Of a stretch of 64,000 nt of DNA, positions 35,829 to 45,760 are shown one piece after another. The notes under the pieces are model-generated. The model was not told the DNA's origin and made no database searches. It worked only from the letters and a program-made list of their open reading frames with translations. Within the stretch, counting starts at the first letter, position 1; each line of letters starts with the position of its first letter. Position numbers and translations under genes: made by a program. This stretch comes from an uncultured Thermotogaceae bacterium (GTDB lineage: Bacteria; Bipolaricaulota; Bipolaricaulia; Bipolaricaulales; Bipolaricaulaceae): contig CAYSAN010000006.1 of NCBI GenBank assembly GCA_964429165.1, positions 7,118 to 71,117 on the forward strand. The letters run 5' to 3'.

Positions 35829-38198
35829 TCACCTCCTCTTTCCCTGGCTCTCACCCCCTTCCTTTGCCTGCAAGGCGGCGAGCACCCGCTCAGGTGTGAA
35901 CGGAGCACGAGTAAGGCGGACTCCGATCGCATGGTAAATGGCATTGGAGATGGCCGGAAGAGGACCGTTGATACCGATCTCCCCGATGGATTTGGCCCCA
36001 AAGGGGCCGGTGGGCTCCTCCGAGGGCACCAAGATGGCCTCGATCTCCGGAACATCCAAAGAAGTGGGGATGCGGTAGTCAAAAAACGTGCGGTTCACAC
36101 AGCTCCCCCGCTCTGAGAAAAGCATTTCCTCATGGAGGGCGTGGCCGATTCCCTGGACCACGGCGCCCTCCAGTTGGCCCTCGGCGAGCTTGGGATGGAT
36201 GGGTTGGCCGCAGTCCGCCACGGCCACGAACCGCGTCACCTTTACGCGCCCTGTTTCTGTGTCCACGCCCACTTCGCAGAAGAACGCGGCAAACGGCGGC
36301 GGAGACTCCGGGCAGGCGAACGAGGCTGTGGCCGCAATCTGCCTTTGGTTCACCACGTACAGGGCTCTGTGCCCGAGCTCCTCGAAAGACAAGGACTTTC
36401 CCGTGCGCAGGCTCATCACCTGCTCCCGTCCCACGGCCAGGGCCTCGACCGGCTCCTCAAAAACCTCTGCCGCCACCCCCAGGATCTGGCGTTTCACCTC
36501 TTCGGCTGCGCGCAGGACGGCGTGCCCAGAGACGTAGGTGGTGCTGGAGGCGTAAGCGCCGGTGTCGAAGGGCGTGAAATCGGTATCCGAGGAGTAGACC
36601 ACGATTTTCTCCACCGGCACGCCCAGGGCCTCCGCGGCGATTTGGGCCAGCACTGTATCAGAGCCGGTGCCCAGGTCTGTGGCACCCACCAAAAGGCGGA
36701 AGGAGCCGTCCTCGTTCATGATGAGCGTGGCCGCAGCCATGTCAATTCCGGTGATGCCTGAGCCCTGCATGGCACAGGCCATGCCCACTCCGTAGGCCCA
36801 CGAGCCCTCGCGGCGGGGCTTTCGGCGCTTTTCGTGCCAGCCTATTCGCGCGGCACCAATGCGGATGGCCTCCGCCAGCTTGCAGGAGCGCACAACCTGA
36901 GCTTTTCCTTCCCGCCCCTCCCCAAGCCTTTCAAACACAGGGGAGGTCTCGCCCTCGCGGATGTGGTTCTTCAACCGGAGCTCCAGCGGATCCAGGCCAA
37001 GTTCTTCCGCCAGCTCGTCCATGGCCACCTCCAGGGCAAAGAATCCCTGGGTGGCGCCATAGCCCCGGAACGCGCCGGCCACGGGTAGGTTCGTGTACAC
37101 CGCCTGCCCATGGAAGCGCACGTGCTTGGCCTTGTTGTAAAGGGGGAGGGTTTTCGAGCCCACGTTGTACAGCACGGTGCCGGCATGCGCCCCGTAAGCC
37201 CCGGTGTTGGCCAAGGCCTCCATCTCCAGGGCCTGAAGCGTTCCGTCGCGGGTTGCCCCCAGTTTCACCCGCACCCGATAGGGATGGCGGGTGCGCGTGG
37301 AGACGAACACCTCCTCGCGGGTGAGGGCCATTTTCACCGGGCGACCAGTGCGCAGGGCCAGTGCTGCAGCCACCGGCTCCAGGATGACCTCCTGTTTGGA
37401 GCCAAACCCCCCGCCGATGCGCGGCTTCACCACACGAATGCGCGAGATGGGAACGGCCAAAACCCTGGACACGATCCTTCTCACGTGGAACGGCACTTGC
37501 GTGGAGGTGCGGATCACCATTCGCCCGTCCTCGTCGAAGTACACCAGCACACAGTGGGGTTCCAGGGCGCAGTGCTGGTAATATGGGATCTCGCAGGTCT
37601 CCTCCACCACCACATCCGCCGCGGCAAAGGCGCGTTCCACATCGCCAATGGGGATGTCCACAGCCGCGGCGATGTTGCGGGAGGCATCGTAGACCCCCTG
37701 CGCATCGGGCTCATCGTGGATCACAGGCGCTCCAGGAGCGCGCGCCTCTTCGGGGGCAAAAACTGCGGGAAGAACTTTGTACTCCACACGAATTTTGCCC
37801 AGTGCCTCGAGGGCGGCTTCCTCTGTCTCCGCGGCCACCGCGGCCACACGGTCCCCCACATACCGCACTTTTTTATCGAAAAGCACGGTGTCGTAGGGCG
37901 AGGGCTCGGGCCAGCCCTGTCCGGCGGTGGTGTAGGGTACGCGCGGGACGTTTCCATGGTGCAAGATGCAAGCCACGCCTGGGACCCGCTCAGCCTCGCT
38001 GGTGTCGATGGCCACAATCTCCGCATGCGCATGCGGTGAGTACAGGATCTTCCCCGTCAAGGCGCCGGGGAGGTCCAGGTCCAGGGTGAACTTGGGCTGT
38101 CCGGTGGCAAGGGGGATGCCGTCCACTTTGAGGACGTTTTGGCCCACCACGTGTTTTGTGGGACTGCTGATCACCGCCATTGCCCCTCCCTTCTCCAC
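35829..38198 (-). CDS. molybdopterin-binding large subunit of a xanthine dehydrogenase / CO dehydrogenase-family molybdenum hydroxylase
   Basis: 789 aa; a/b hammerhead plus MoCo-binding domains, GGGFG motif. Confidence 0.85.
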   Translation of the reverse strand: MEKGGAMAVISSPTKHVVGQNVLKVDGIPLATGQPKFTLDLDLPGALTGKILYSPHAHAEIVAIDTSEAERVPGVACILHHGNVPRVPYTTAGQGWPEPSPYDTVLFDKKVRYVGDRVAAVAAETEEAALEALGKIRVEYKVLPAVFAPEEARAPGAPVIHDEPDAQGVYDASRNIAAAVDIPIGDVERAFAAADVVVEETCEIPYYQHCALEPHCVLVYFDEDGRMVIRTSTQVPFHVRRIVSRVLAVPISRIRVVKPRIGGGFGSKQEVILEPVAAALALRTGRPVKMALTREEVFVSTRTRHPYRVRVKLGATRDGTLQALEMEALANTGAYGAHAGTVLYNVGSKTLPLYNKAKHVRFHGQAVYTNLPVAGAFRGYGATQGFFALEVAMDELAEELGLDPLELRLKNHIREGETSPVFERLGEGREGKAQVVRSCKLAEAIRIGAARIGWHEKRRKPRREGSWAYGVGMACAMQGSGITGIDMAAATLIMNEDGSFRLLVGATDLGTGSDTVLAQIAAEALGVPVEKIVVYSSDTDFTPFDTGAYASSTTYVSGHAVLRAAEEVKRQILGVAAEVFEEPVEALAVGREQVMSLRTGKSLSFEELGHRALYVVNQRQIAATASFACPESPPPFAAFFCEVGVDTETGRVKVTRFVAVADCGQPIHPKLAEGQLEGAVVQGIGHALHEEMLFSERGSCVNRTFFDYRIPTSLDVPEIEAILVPSEEPTGPFGAKSIGEIGINGPLPAISNAIYHAIGVRLTRAPFTPERVLAALQAKEGGESQGKRR

Positions 38199-38644
38199 TG
38201 CCCCGCCAGAAGCACAGCATCCACGATCTTTTTGTACCCTGTGCAGCGACAGAGGTTCCCCACCAGGTGCTCCCGCACCTCATGAGGGGTGGGGTCCTGG
38301 TTTTCCTGCAGGAGAGCATAGGCGGTGAGGATCATGCCCGGGGTGCAAAAGCCGCACTGCACTGCGCCAGCCTCCACGAAAGCTCGCTGCAGGGGATGGG
38401 GGTTATCCAGGGTTCCCAGACCTTCCACGGTGGTCACCCGTTTTCCCTGCACCTTGGCCGCGAACGTGATACAAGATCTGACGGGTTTACCTTCGAGGAG
38501 CACCGTACAAGTTCCGCACTCCCCGGTGCCGCAACCTTCTTTCACCGACTTCATGCCCAGACGGCGGAGGAGGGAAAGAAGCGATTCCCCAGGGTCTACG
38601 TCCACGTATTGGTGTTTTCCATTGAGCTCAAAATAGATTTTCAT
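38171..38644 (-). CDS. [2Fe-2S]-binding small subunit of molybdenum hydroxylase (start at Met 91 of table ORF)
   Basis: CGTGECGTC plant-type and QCGFCTPG...CRCTGY second-cluster motifs; ATGA overlap with the upstream FAD-subunit stop. Confidence 0.85.
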   Translation of the reverse strand: MKIYFELNGKHQYVDVDPGESLLSLLRRLGMKSVKEGCGTGECGTCTVLLEGKPVRSCITFAAKVQGKRVTTVEGLGTLDNPHPLQRAFVEAGAVQCGFCTPGMILTAYALLQENQDPTPHEVREHLVGNLCRCTGYKKIVDAVLLAGQWRREGQWR

Positions 38645-39492
38645 GTGCCCGCCTTTCCTGCGGCCCGCCTTAAGGCTCGCCGCACCAAAACCCCGGCCAC
38701 CTCCCGCCGCCAGGCCGCGGGGGCGCGCCGGTCCGTGCCCACCTCCACGCGGGCTTTGACCTCCTCCTCCACCTTCTGCCACAGGGCTGGGCCTGGTCGC
38801 TCCCCGACGAGGGCCTCCTCCAGCCAAGGGAGGCGCTCCCCCCGTTCCGGCCGAGCTCCCACGGCCACTCGGGCCCAGGCGATCTTTTCCTCCTTGATCC
38901 TCAGGCCCGCGCAAACATTGAGAAGCGCAATATCTCCCGCGTTTCTTCCCATTTTCTCAAACGCAAATGCCCCATCCCCGTGGGGAAGACTCATCTCCAG
39001 AAGAACGCTTTCCCGGAAGATCCGGCGGAAATCCTTTTGGTACAGGTGTTCAAGCGGTTCGTGTTTCTCACCGCTTGGGCCTTGGTAGCGGGCCTCTGCG
39101 CCCAGGGTCACAAGCAGGGTGGGGATGTCCGCCCAAGGATGGCTGGACACCACCGCACCGCCGAGGGTGGCCATGTTTCGCAGGGCCGGATAGGCCACAA
39201 GGCGCAGGGTTTCCTCAAGGATCCCGCCCGCGTATTCCCGCGCTTGGGGATGGCCAAGGAGTTCGGCCAAGGTGGTGGTTGCTCCTATGCGTAATTGGTG
39301 GGAGTCCAGGCGGACGTAGGAAAGGCCAGCGCCAGTGATGTCGATGAGGCCCTCGATATCTGTGCGCGGGGAGCGGGCGAGGTCCACGCCGCCGGCGAGG
39401 ATCGCGCCCTTTCCCCGGTAGGCTGCGAGCAAGGACAAGGCCTCATCCACATCCCGTGCCCAGTGGTAGCGCCGTACGCCTCTTAACCGCAC
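38641..39492 (-). CDS. FAD-binding medium subunit of molybdenum hydroxylase (GTG start with AAGGAGG SD; table ORF extends to 39576)
   Basis: AILAGGVDL FAD-binding PCMH-type N-terminus, CO dehydrogenase flavoprotein C-terminal domain. Confidence 0.8.
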   Translation of the reverse strand: MRLRGVRRYHWARDVDEALSLLAAYRGKGAILAGGVDLARSPRTDIEGLIDITGAGLSYVRLDSHQLRIGATTTLAELLGHPQAREYAGGILEETLRLVAYPALRNMATLGGAVVSSHPWADIPTLLVTLGAEARYQGPSGEKHEPLEHLYQKDFRRIFRESVLLEMSLPHGDGAFAFEKMGRNAGDIALLNVCAGLRIKEEKIAWARVAVGARPERGERLPWLEEALVGERPGPALWQKVEEEVKARVEVGTDRRAPAAWRREVAGVLVRRALRRAAGKAGT

Positions 39493-39540
39493 CGCCCCTC
39501 CTTTTGGGGAGTATAGCCGGGGGCGGGCTTGTAAGACAAC

Positions 39541-39569
39541 TTGACTGCTCCCACCCCCTCCGCTATACT
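39541..39569 (+). promoter_or_regulatory. sigma70-like promoter TTGACT-17-TATACT placed so that the ATG of the downstream ABC ATPase is ~7 nt after the -10 (leaderless transcript predicted)
   Basis: ttgact gctcccaccccctccgc tatact ttctca ATG(39576); no SD possible. Confidence 0.55.
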
Positions 39570-39575
39570 TTCTCA

Positions 39576-41126
39576 ATGGCAGGCCTTCCGCAGGAGCAGG
39601 CCCTCGTCCTGTTGAAGGACATCACCAAGCGCTTCCCCGGGGTGGTGGCCAACGACCAGGTGACCTTCGCTCTGCAACCCGGTGAGGTCCACGCTCTTCT
39701 TGGGGAGAACGGCGCCGGCAAGACCACCCTCATGAACATCCTCTACGGCCTTTATCGGCCGGACTCCGGGGAGATCTGGATAAAGGGAAAACGCGTGGAG
39801 ATCCGCTCCCCGCGCGACGCCGTCCGGCTTGGCATCGGCATGGTCCATCAGCACTTCAAGCTCGTGCGGCCTCACACCGTGGCGGAAAACGTGGCCCTGG
39901 GCCTTGCGGGAACGCCATTCTGGGCGCCAGCCCGTGTGGTGGGGCAGAAGCTCCGCGAGCTATCCCACCACTACGGGCTGCCCGTGGATCCGGAGCGCCG
40001 GGTGTGGGAGCTTTCCGCAGGCGAGCAGCAGCGCGTGGAGATCCTCAAGGCCCTGGTGCGGGGAGCAGAGGTGCTCATCCTCGATGAGCCCACAAGCGTC
40101 CTCACCCCTCAGGAGGCCCAAGAGCTGTTCAAGGTCCTGGCCCGCATGAAGGCCGAAGGGCACGGGATCATTTTCATCTCCCACAAGCTGGACGAGGTCC
40201 TTTCCGTGGCGGACAGGATCACGGTCATGCGGCGCGGCAAAGTGGTGGGCACGGTCCAAGCTCAGGACACCAACAAGGCGGAACTCGCGCGGATGATGGT
40301 GGGGCGGGAGGTGGTGTTTCGCCTCACCAAGGCGGTCTGCCGGCCGGGCGAAGAGGCCCTGCGCGCGCAGGACCTCTATGCGCGTGACGACCGCGGCCTT
40401 TGGGCCCTGAAAGGGGTTTCCTTCGGGGTATGCCGCGGCGAGATCTTGGGCATCGCCGGGATCGCTGGAAACGGACAACGCGAGCTGGTGGAAGTCCTGG
40501 CGGGTCTGCGGCCAGCGGAGCGCGGGAAGATCGTGCTCCTAGGCCAGGACGTGACTAACCGCTCCCCGCGCCTTCTTTCCGACCTGGGCTGCGCCCACGT
40601 TCCCGAGGAACGAATTCGCATGGGCATTGTCCCCGGCCTTCCTGTGGAGGAGAATCTGATCCTGAAGCATCATCATCGGTGGCCCTTCTCTTGGCGGGGT
40701 TTCCTCCAAGCGTGGGCCATTCGGTCTTTCGCGGAAAAGGCTGTGGAGGAATACGGGATCATGACCCCGAGCTTGCGCACCCCCGCCAAGCTTCTTTCCG
40801 GAGGGAACATCCAACGGCTGATCTTGGCCCGGGAGCTGTCGGGGGAACCCGCGGTGGTCATCGCTGCGCATCCCACTTATGGCCTGGATGTGGGAGCTGC
40901 TGAGCAAATCCGCCAGCTTCTCCTGCGTCAGCGGGAAAAGGGCGCGGCTGTGGTCCTCGTCTCTGAGGACCTTGAGGAGATCATGGAGCTTTCCGATCGC
41001 ATCGCCGTGATGTTTCGGGGTGAGATCATGGGGGTTGTGGCGGCCAGCGAAGCGACCGTGGAGGAGATCGGCCTCATGATGGCGGGCGAGCGGCGCTCCG
41101 CCCCGGTGCGAAGCGCAGGAGCATGA
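39576..41126 (+). CDS. ABC transporter ATP-binding protein with duplicated ATPase domains (BMP/nucleoside uptake family)
   Basis: Two Walker A/signature/Walker B sets (GENGAGKTT, LSAGEQQRVE; second LSGGNIQRL). Confidence 0.85.
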   Translation: MAGLPQEQALVLLKDITKRFPGVVANDQVTFALQPGEVHALLGENGAGKTTLMNILYGLYRPDSGEIWIKGKRVEIRSPRDAVRLGIGMVHQHFKLVRPHTVAENVALGLAGTPFWAPARVVGQKLRELSHHYGLPVDPERRVWELSAGEQQRVEILKALVRGAEVLILDEPTSVLTPQEAQELFKVLARMKAEGHGIIFISHKLDEVLSVADRITVMRRGKVVGTVQAQDTNKAELARMMVGREVVFRLTKAVCRPGEEALRAQDLYARDDRGLWALKGVSFGVCRGEILGIAGIAGNGQRELVEVLAGLRPAERGKIVLLGQDVTNRSPRLLSDLGCAHVPEERIRMGIVPGLPVEENLILKHHHRWPFSWRGFLQAWAIRSFAEKAVEEYGIMTPSLRTPAKLLSGGNIQRLILARELSGEPAVVIAAHPTYGLDVGAAEQIRQLLLRQREKGAAVVLVSEDLEEIMELSDRIAVMFRGEIMGVVAASEATVEEIGLMMAGERRSAPVRSAGA

Positions 41127-42229
41127 AGCGTTTGGGTCCGTTCAGTTTGGAACAACGTCCCACCCCGTCCCGCCTGGCGGTGGTGGGGGTTTCCGTGGGG
41201 GCAGTGGTCCTGGCCCTCCTCCTGGCGTCTTTGGTGTTCTACGGGTACGGGAAAAACCCGTGGCAGGCGTACTACCAAATTGGCCGCGGTGTTTTCGGGA
41301 CCTGGCCAAGCTTTTCCGAGGTCCTGCGCCGGGCCATCCCCCTTGTTCTTTGCGGCGCAGGCTTGACTTTAGCCTTCAACGCCGGGTTTTGGAACATCGG
41401 GGCGGAGGGCCAGCTCCTCGCGGGAGCTGTGGCTGCCACAGGCGTGGCCCTCTTTGTGCGCGTTCCTGATGCCTGGCGCCTTCCCCTCATGTTCCTTTTC
41501 GGCTTCCTTGCCGGTGGGCTGTGGGCGGTGATCCCGGCCATCTTGCGGGTCAAGTTCTCTGTGAACGACGTCATTTCTACTCTCATGCTGAACTACGTCA
41601 TGGTCTACATTGTGGAGTGGCTGGTGCATGGGCCCTGGAAGGGCTCCACCATGCGGGGCTTTGCCTATACCGATGCTTTCCCCCTTTCCGCCCGGCTCCC
41701 CTATCTTCCGGGCACCCGGGTGCATTGGCTCACCCTGGCCGTGGGGGTGGTGGCAGCGTTGTGCGTCGCGGTGCTTTTGGCCCGTACCCGCTTGGGCTAT
41801 GAGATCAGGGTGGTGGGGCAAAACACGGAGGCCGCGCGTTACGCCGGCATCAACTTCGCGGCCGTGTTCACCGTGGTGATGTTGCTTTCCGGCGGGCTGG
41901 CTGGGCTGGCCGGGGTGGGGGAAGTGGCGGGCATCCATGGCCGGCTGCGCAGTCCCTATCACATTTCCATGGGCTACGGATACACCGCGATCATCGTGGC
42001 CTGGCTGGCCAGGGGGAGCCCGATCGCCGCCATCTTCACGGCTGTTCTCCTTGGCCTCATTTTCGCTGCTGGTGACTACATGAAGATCGCGCTCGCCCTT
42101 CCCTTCCAGATCACCGGGGTCTTCAACGGCCTCATTCTCTTTTCCCTCATCAGCTTTGACATCCTCATGTTCTGGCGGGTGCGGCTGGCGCCCAAGGAGA
42201 AGGCATGGACTGGACAAGCTGGCTCATGA
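41123..42229 (+). CDS. ABC transporter permease (BMP-family nucleoside transporter, first permease)
   Basis: Multi-TM branched-chain/ribose-type permease fold. Confidence 0.8.
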   Translation: MKRLGPFSLEQRPTPSRLAVVGVSVGAVVLALLLASLVFYGYGKNPWQAYYQIGRGVFGTWPSFSEVLRRAIPLVLCGAGLTLAFNAGFWNIGAEGQLLAGAVAATGVALFVRVPDAWRLPLMFLFGFLAGGLWAVIPAILRVKFSVNDVISTLMLNYVMVYIVEWLVHGPWKGSTMRGFAYTDAFPLSARLPYLPGTRVHWLTLAVGVVAALCVAVLLARTRLGYEIRVVGQNTEAARYAGINFAAVFTVVMLLSGGLAGLAGVGEVAGIHGRLRSPYHISMGYGYTAIIVAWLARGSPIAAIFTAVLLGLIFAAGDYMKIALALPFQITGVFNGLILFSLISFDILMFWRVRLAPKEKAWTGQAGS

Positions 42230-43134
42230 GCACGGTGAGCCGGGCCTTGGCCTTTGGTGTCCCCCTCCTTTGGGGAACGCTGGGTGAGATCTATTCCGAG
42301 CGCGCAGGCGTGGTGAACCTGGGCATGGAGGGCATGATGATCCTTGGGGCCTTCACGGCCTTCGCGGTGACGCAAGGCACAGGTGACCCCGGTTTGGGCC
42401 TGTTGTGTGCTGCCATCGTGGGCGGGGCGGCCGCTCTGGTCCACGCTTTTCTCACCGTGACCCTGCGGGCCAATCAATATGTGTCGGGGTTAGCCCTCTC
42501 CATGTTTGGGCTGGGGTTAGCGGGTCTATTGGGCCGGGGCTGGGAGGGGAAACCGCTTTCCGCAACCCTGCCCTCCCTTGCCATCCCCGGGCTTTCCCGG
42601 GTGCCCGTGCTTGGCCCCATGCTCTTCCAGGATCAGACCGTTCTCACCTATGTGGGCATCTTTCTTGCTGTTCTTCTGTGGCTGTTGCTTTTCCGCACCC
42701 GCTGGGGTGTGACCATTCGCTCCGTGGGGGAAAGCCCGGCCACAGCGGACGCGTTGGGGATCAACGTGTTTTTGGTGCGCTACTTATGCGTGGTGTTTGG
42801 GGGGCTTTTGGCCGGGGTGGGAGGTGGTTATCTGTCCGTGGCCTATCGGCCGGCCTGGACGGAGGGAATGACAGCAGGGATGGGGTGGATCGTCATTGCC
42901 CTCACCATATTTGCTGCCTGGGACCCGCTGCAGGCCGTCTGGGGCGCCTTCTTCTTCGGGGCCCTTTATCACCTCTCCTACCGGTTGCAGGCCTTCCTCC
43001 CCCCGGAGCTCCTCAAGCTCATGCCCTACCTTTTTGCTGTGGTGGTTTTGGCCGCCAGCGGCTTCGGCGGGTCACGGTGGCGTCGACGGGCACCCGGTGC
43101 TCTGGGTGTACCTTATGTGCGCGGTGAGCGCTGA
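42205..43134 (+). CDS. ABC transporter permease (BMP-family, second permease)
   Basis: Multi-TM permease paralogous to the upstream gene. Confidence 0.8.
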   Translation: MDWTSWLMSTVSRALAFGVPLLWGTLGEIYSERAGVVNLGMEGMMILGAFTAFAVTQGTGDPGLGLLCAAIVGGAAALVHAFLTVTLRANQYVSGLALSMFGLGLAGLLGRGWEGKPLSATLPSLAIPGLSRVPVLGPMLFQDQTVLTYVGIFLAVLLWLLLFRTRWGVTIRSVGESPATADALGINVFLVRYLCVVFGGLLAGVGGGYLSVAYRPAWTEGMTAGMGWIVIALTIFAAWDPLQAVWGAFFFGALYHLSYRLQAFLPPELLKLMPYLFAVVVLAASGFGGSRWRRRAPGALGVPYVRGER

Positions 43135-43222
43135 AGGGGGGTGAGAGCCGAGGGAAGTGCCGGTCGCTGGATCTGCGTAGGCTTGGGGACAGGAAAGTCG
43201 AGTCAAGAAAGGAGGGGAAAGT

Positions 43223-44368
43223 ATGAAGCGTGTTTTGCTGGCGGTGTTGGCGGTGGCGGTTTTCGGGTCCCTGGCCCTGGCGACCACGAAGATCAAGGCC
43301 GGGTTCATCTATGTGGGCCCCATCGGGGATTATGGCTGGACTCATGCCCATGACGTGGCCCGCCGCATTGTGGATGAAAAATACGATTGGCTGGAGACGG
43401 TTTACGTGGAGTCCGTTCCCGAAGGGGAGGTGGAGACTTACATCGATCTTTTGGTGCGCCAAGGCTGCAACGTGATATTCACCACGAGCTTCGGCTTCAT
43501 GGACGGGACATTGGCCGCAGCCCAGCGCTATGCCAACGTGATCTTTGCCCACTGCTCGGGGTTCAAGCGCTGGGCGAACATGGCCACCTACATGGCGGAC
43601 TTCTACCAGGTGTACTATCTGAACGGTCTCATCGCCGGTGCCCTCACGAAAACCGGGAAGATCGGGTATGTCGGGGCTTTCCCCATCCCCGAGGTCAAAC
43701 GGCACATCAGCGCCTTCGCCATCGGGGTGCGGGAGGTGAACCCCAAGGCCGAGGTGCATGTGCGCTGGATCTACGAGTGGTTCAACCCCGCGGCCGCAAA
43801 GGAGGCCACGGAGGCCCTCATCGCCGAGGGCTGTGATGTCTTCGCCTTCACCGAGGACTCGCCCACGGTGGTCCAGGTGGCCGCGGAAAAAGGACTTCCC
43901 TCCTTCGGCCACTACTCCCCCATGTACGAGTTCGCTCCGGACCATGTGGTGTCCGGCCAGCTTGTGCACTGGGACAAGATCTACGAGGACTTCCTCGTGA
44001 AGATCTACAATGGCGTGTATACCCCGAAGAACCTGGCCCATGTGGATTACTGGTGGCTCCTGGCCCAAGGGGCGGTGGAGGTGGGCGCCCTGCCAGGCAT
44101 GGTCATCAACCCCAAGTTTGAGGCTGCCCTGAAGGGATACGTGGTCGACCACCCCACGTTCGGGAGGATTTCTGTTTACGACCTCGTGTACATTCGCCTG
44201 AGCCAAATGGCCGATCCAGGCATCACCTTCGACCCCTTCCAGGGGCCGGTGTACGACCGCAAGGGCGTTCTTCGTGTTCCCGCCGGGATGTGGATGAGCT
44301 ACGAGGCCCTCATCACCATGGAGTGGGCGGCAGCGGGCATCGTGGGGCCCTGGCCGGGTGAGCCGTGA
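43223..44368 (+). CDS. BMP-family (Med/PnrA-like) substrate-binding lipoprotein, probable nucleoside binder
   Basis: Signal peptide, IKAGFIYVGPIGDYGW... basic-membrane-protein family pattern. Confidence 0.8.
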   Translation: MKRVLLAVLAVAVFGSLALATTKIKAGFIYVGPIGDYGWTHAHDVARRIVDEKYDWLETVYVESVPEGEVETYIDLLVRQGCNVIFTTSFGFMDGTLAAAQRYANVIFAHCSGFKRWANMATYMADFYQVYYLNGLIAGALTKTGKIGYVGAFPIPEVKRHISAFAIGVREVNPKAEVHVRWIYEWFNPAAAKEATEALIAEGCDVFAFTEDSPTVVQVAAEKGLPSFGHYSPMYEFAPDHVVSGQLVHWDKIYEDFLVKIYNGVYTPKNLAHVDYWWLLAQGAVEVGALPGMVINPKFEAALKGYVVDHPTFGRISVYDLVYIRLSQMADPGITFDPFQGPVYDRKGVLRVPAGMWMSYEALITMEWAAAGIVGPWPGEP

Positions 44369-44427
44369 AAGGCGCGGAATGGAACGGGGGCCTGCACAAG
44401 CAGGCCCCTTTTCTTTGGAGGTGAAAA

Positions 44428-45750
44428 TTGGGCACGCTTCTCATTGAGAACGCATGCGTAGCTGACCTCTTTGGAGCTTTTAAAGAAAAGGCTTACGTCA
44501 TCGTGGAGGAGGGGCGGATCGCAAAGGTGGGCGAAGGGCCGGCTCCCCAGGTGACGGGCGCCACCAAGCTCGACGCCCAGGGGAAGCTCTTCACCCCCGC
44601 CCTCGTCAACGCCCACACCCACCTGTACTCCTCCCTGGCCCGCGGGATCCTCCTGAAGGCCTTCGCTCCCCAAAGCTTTGGGCAGATCCTGGAGCAGCTC
44701 TGGTGGAAGCTGGACCGCGCGTTGGACCTGGAGGCCGTCTACCTGTCAGCCCTCGTGGGGGGGATGGCCCATCTGCGCCGGGGCGTGTCCGTCATTTTCG
44801 ACCACCACGCCTCTCCCACAGCCATCATCGGCTCGCTTTCTCGCGTCAAGAAAGCCTTGGCTGAGGTTGGACTTCGGGCTGATCTGTGCTACGAGGTCAC
44901 GGATCGCGGCGGCCCCCAGGAGCGCGACCAGGGCATCCTGGAAAACGTGCGTTTTGCCGGGGAAGAAAGGGTGTGCGGGCAGTTCGCCGCCCATTTTGGC
45001 CTCCATGCCTCCTTCACCCTCTCCGAGGAGACGTTGGCCAAGTGTCGCGAGGCGGCAGAGCCCCTGGGCCTTGGCTATCACGGCCATCTGGCGGAGGGGA
45101 AGGAGGACCCCCTCGATGCCCTGCAGAAACACGGGGAACGCACGGCCGAGCGGTTGGATCGGTTTGGCATCGTGCAGGAAAACACTATCTTTGCTCACGG
45201 CATCCACCTTTCCCAAGCGGAACTGGGGCTGTTGGCCGAGAAAAAGCCCACGGTGGCCCATAACCCTCGCTCCAACATGAACAACGCCGTGGGCGCAGCC
45301 CAAGTGGGAAAAATGTTGGCCCGCGGGATCCCCCTGGCCCTGGGCACCGATGGCTTTGGCTGCGATATGTGGGGAGAGCTTCTCTCCGCCCGGCTTTTGG
45401 CCCATCATGCGGAGGTCGATCCCCTGGCGTTGGGCGATGACGCGGCCAAACGGATCTTGGCGCAGAACTATGCCCTGGCAGAAAAGGCTTTTGGGCTGCC
45501 ATTCGGCAGGGTTCAAGAGGGATATGCGGCGGACTTGGTTCTTTGGGACTATGAGCCGCCTACCCCCCTTTCCGCGGATAACCTCCTTGCCCACATCCTT
45601 TTTGCCAACATCAGCGAAGGGTTGCGCCCCTCCGCGGTGATCGTGGCTGGTCAAATCCGCCTTAAGGATGGCCAGATCGAGGGGATCGATGAAAAGGCTG
45701 TGCTGGCCCGGGCCCGCCAAAAAGCCCAGGAGATCTGGGCCAAGGTCTAG
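44428..45750 (+). CDS. ssnA: SsnA-like amidohydrolase (chlorohydrolase/guanine-deaminase family), TTG start with GGAGG SD
   Basis: HTH metal-binding motif (NAHTHLY), amidohydrolase barrel length; adjacent to ygfK as in the E. coli ygf cluster. Confidence 0.7.
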   Translation: MGTLLIENACVADLFGAFKEKAYVIVEEGRIAKVGEGPAPQVTGATKLDAQGKLFTPALVNAHTHLYSSLARGILLKAFAPQSFGQILEQLWWKLDRALDLEAVYLSALVGGMAHLRRGVSVIFDHHASPTAIIGSLSRVKKALAEVGLRADLCYEVTDRGGPQERDQGILENVRFAGEERVCGQFAAHFGLHASFTLSEETLAKCREAAEPLGLGYHGHLAEGKEDPLDALQKHGERTAERLDRFGIVQENTIFAHGIHLSQAELGLLAEKKPTVAHNPRSNMNNAVGAAQVGKMLARGIPLALGTDGFGCDMWGELLSARLLAHHAEVDPLALGDDAAKRILAQNYALAEKAFGLPFGRVQEGYAADLVLWDYEPPTPLSADNLLAHILFANISEGLRPSAVIVAGQIRLKDGQIEGIDEKAVLARARQKAQEIWAKV

Positions 45751-45760
45751 GGGGTGAGGG

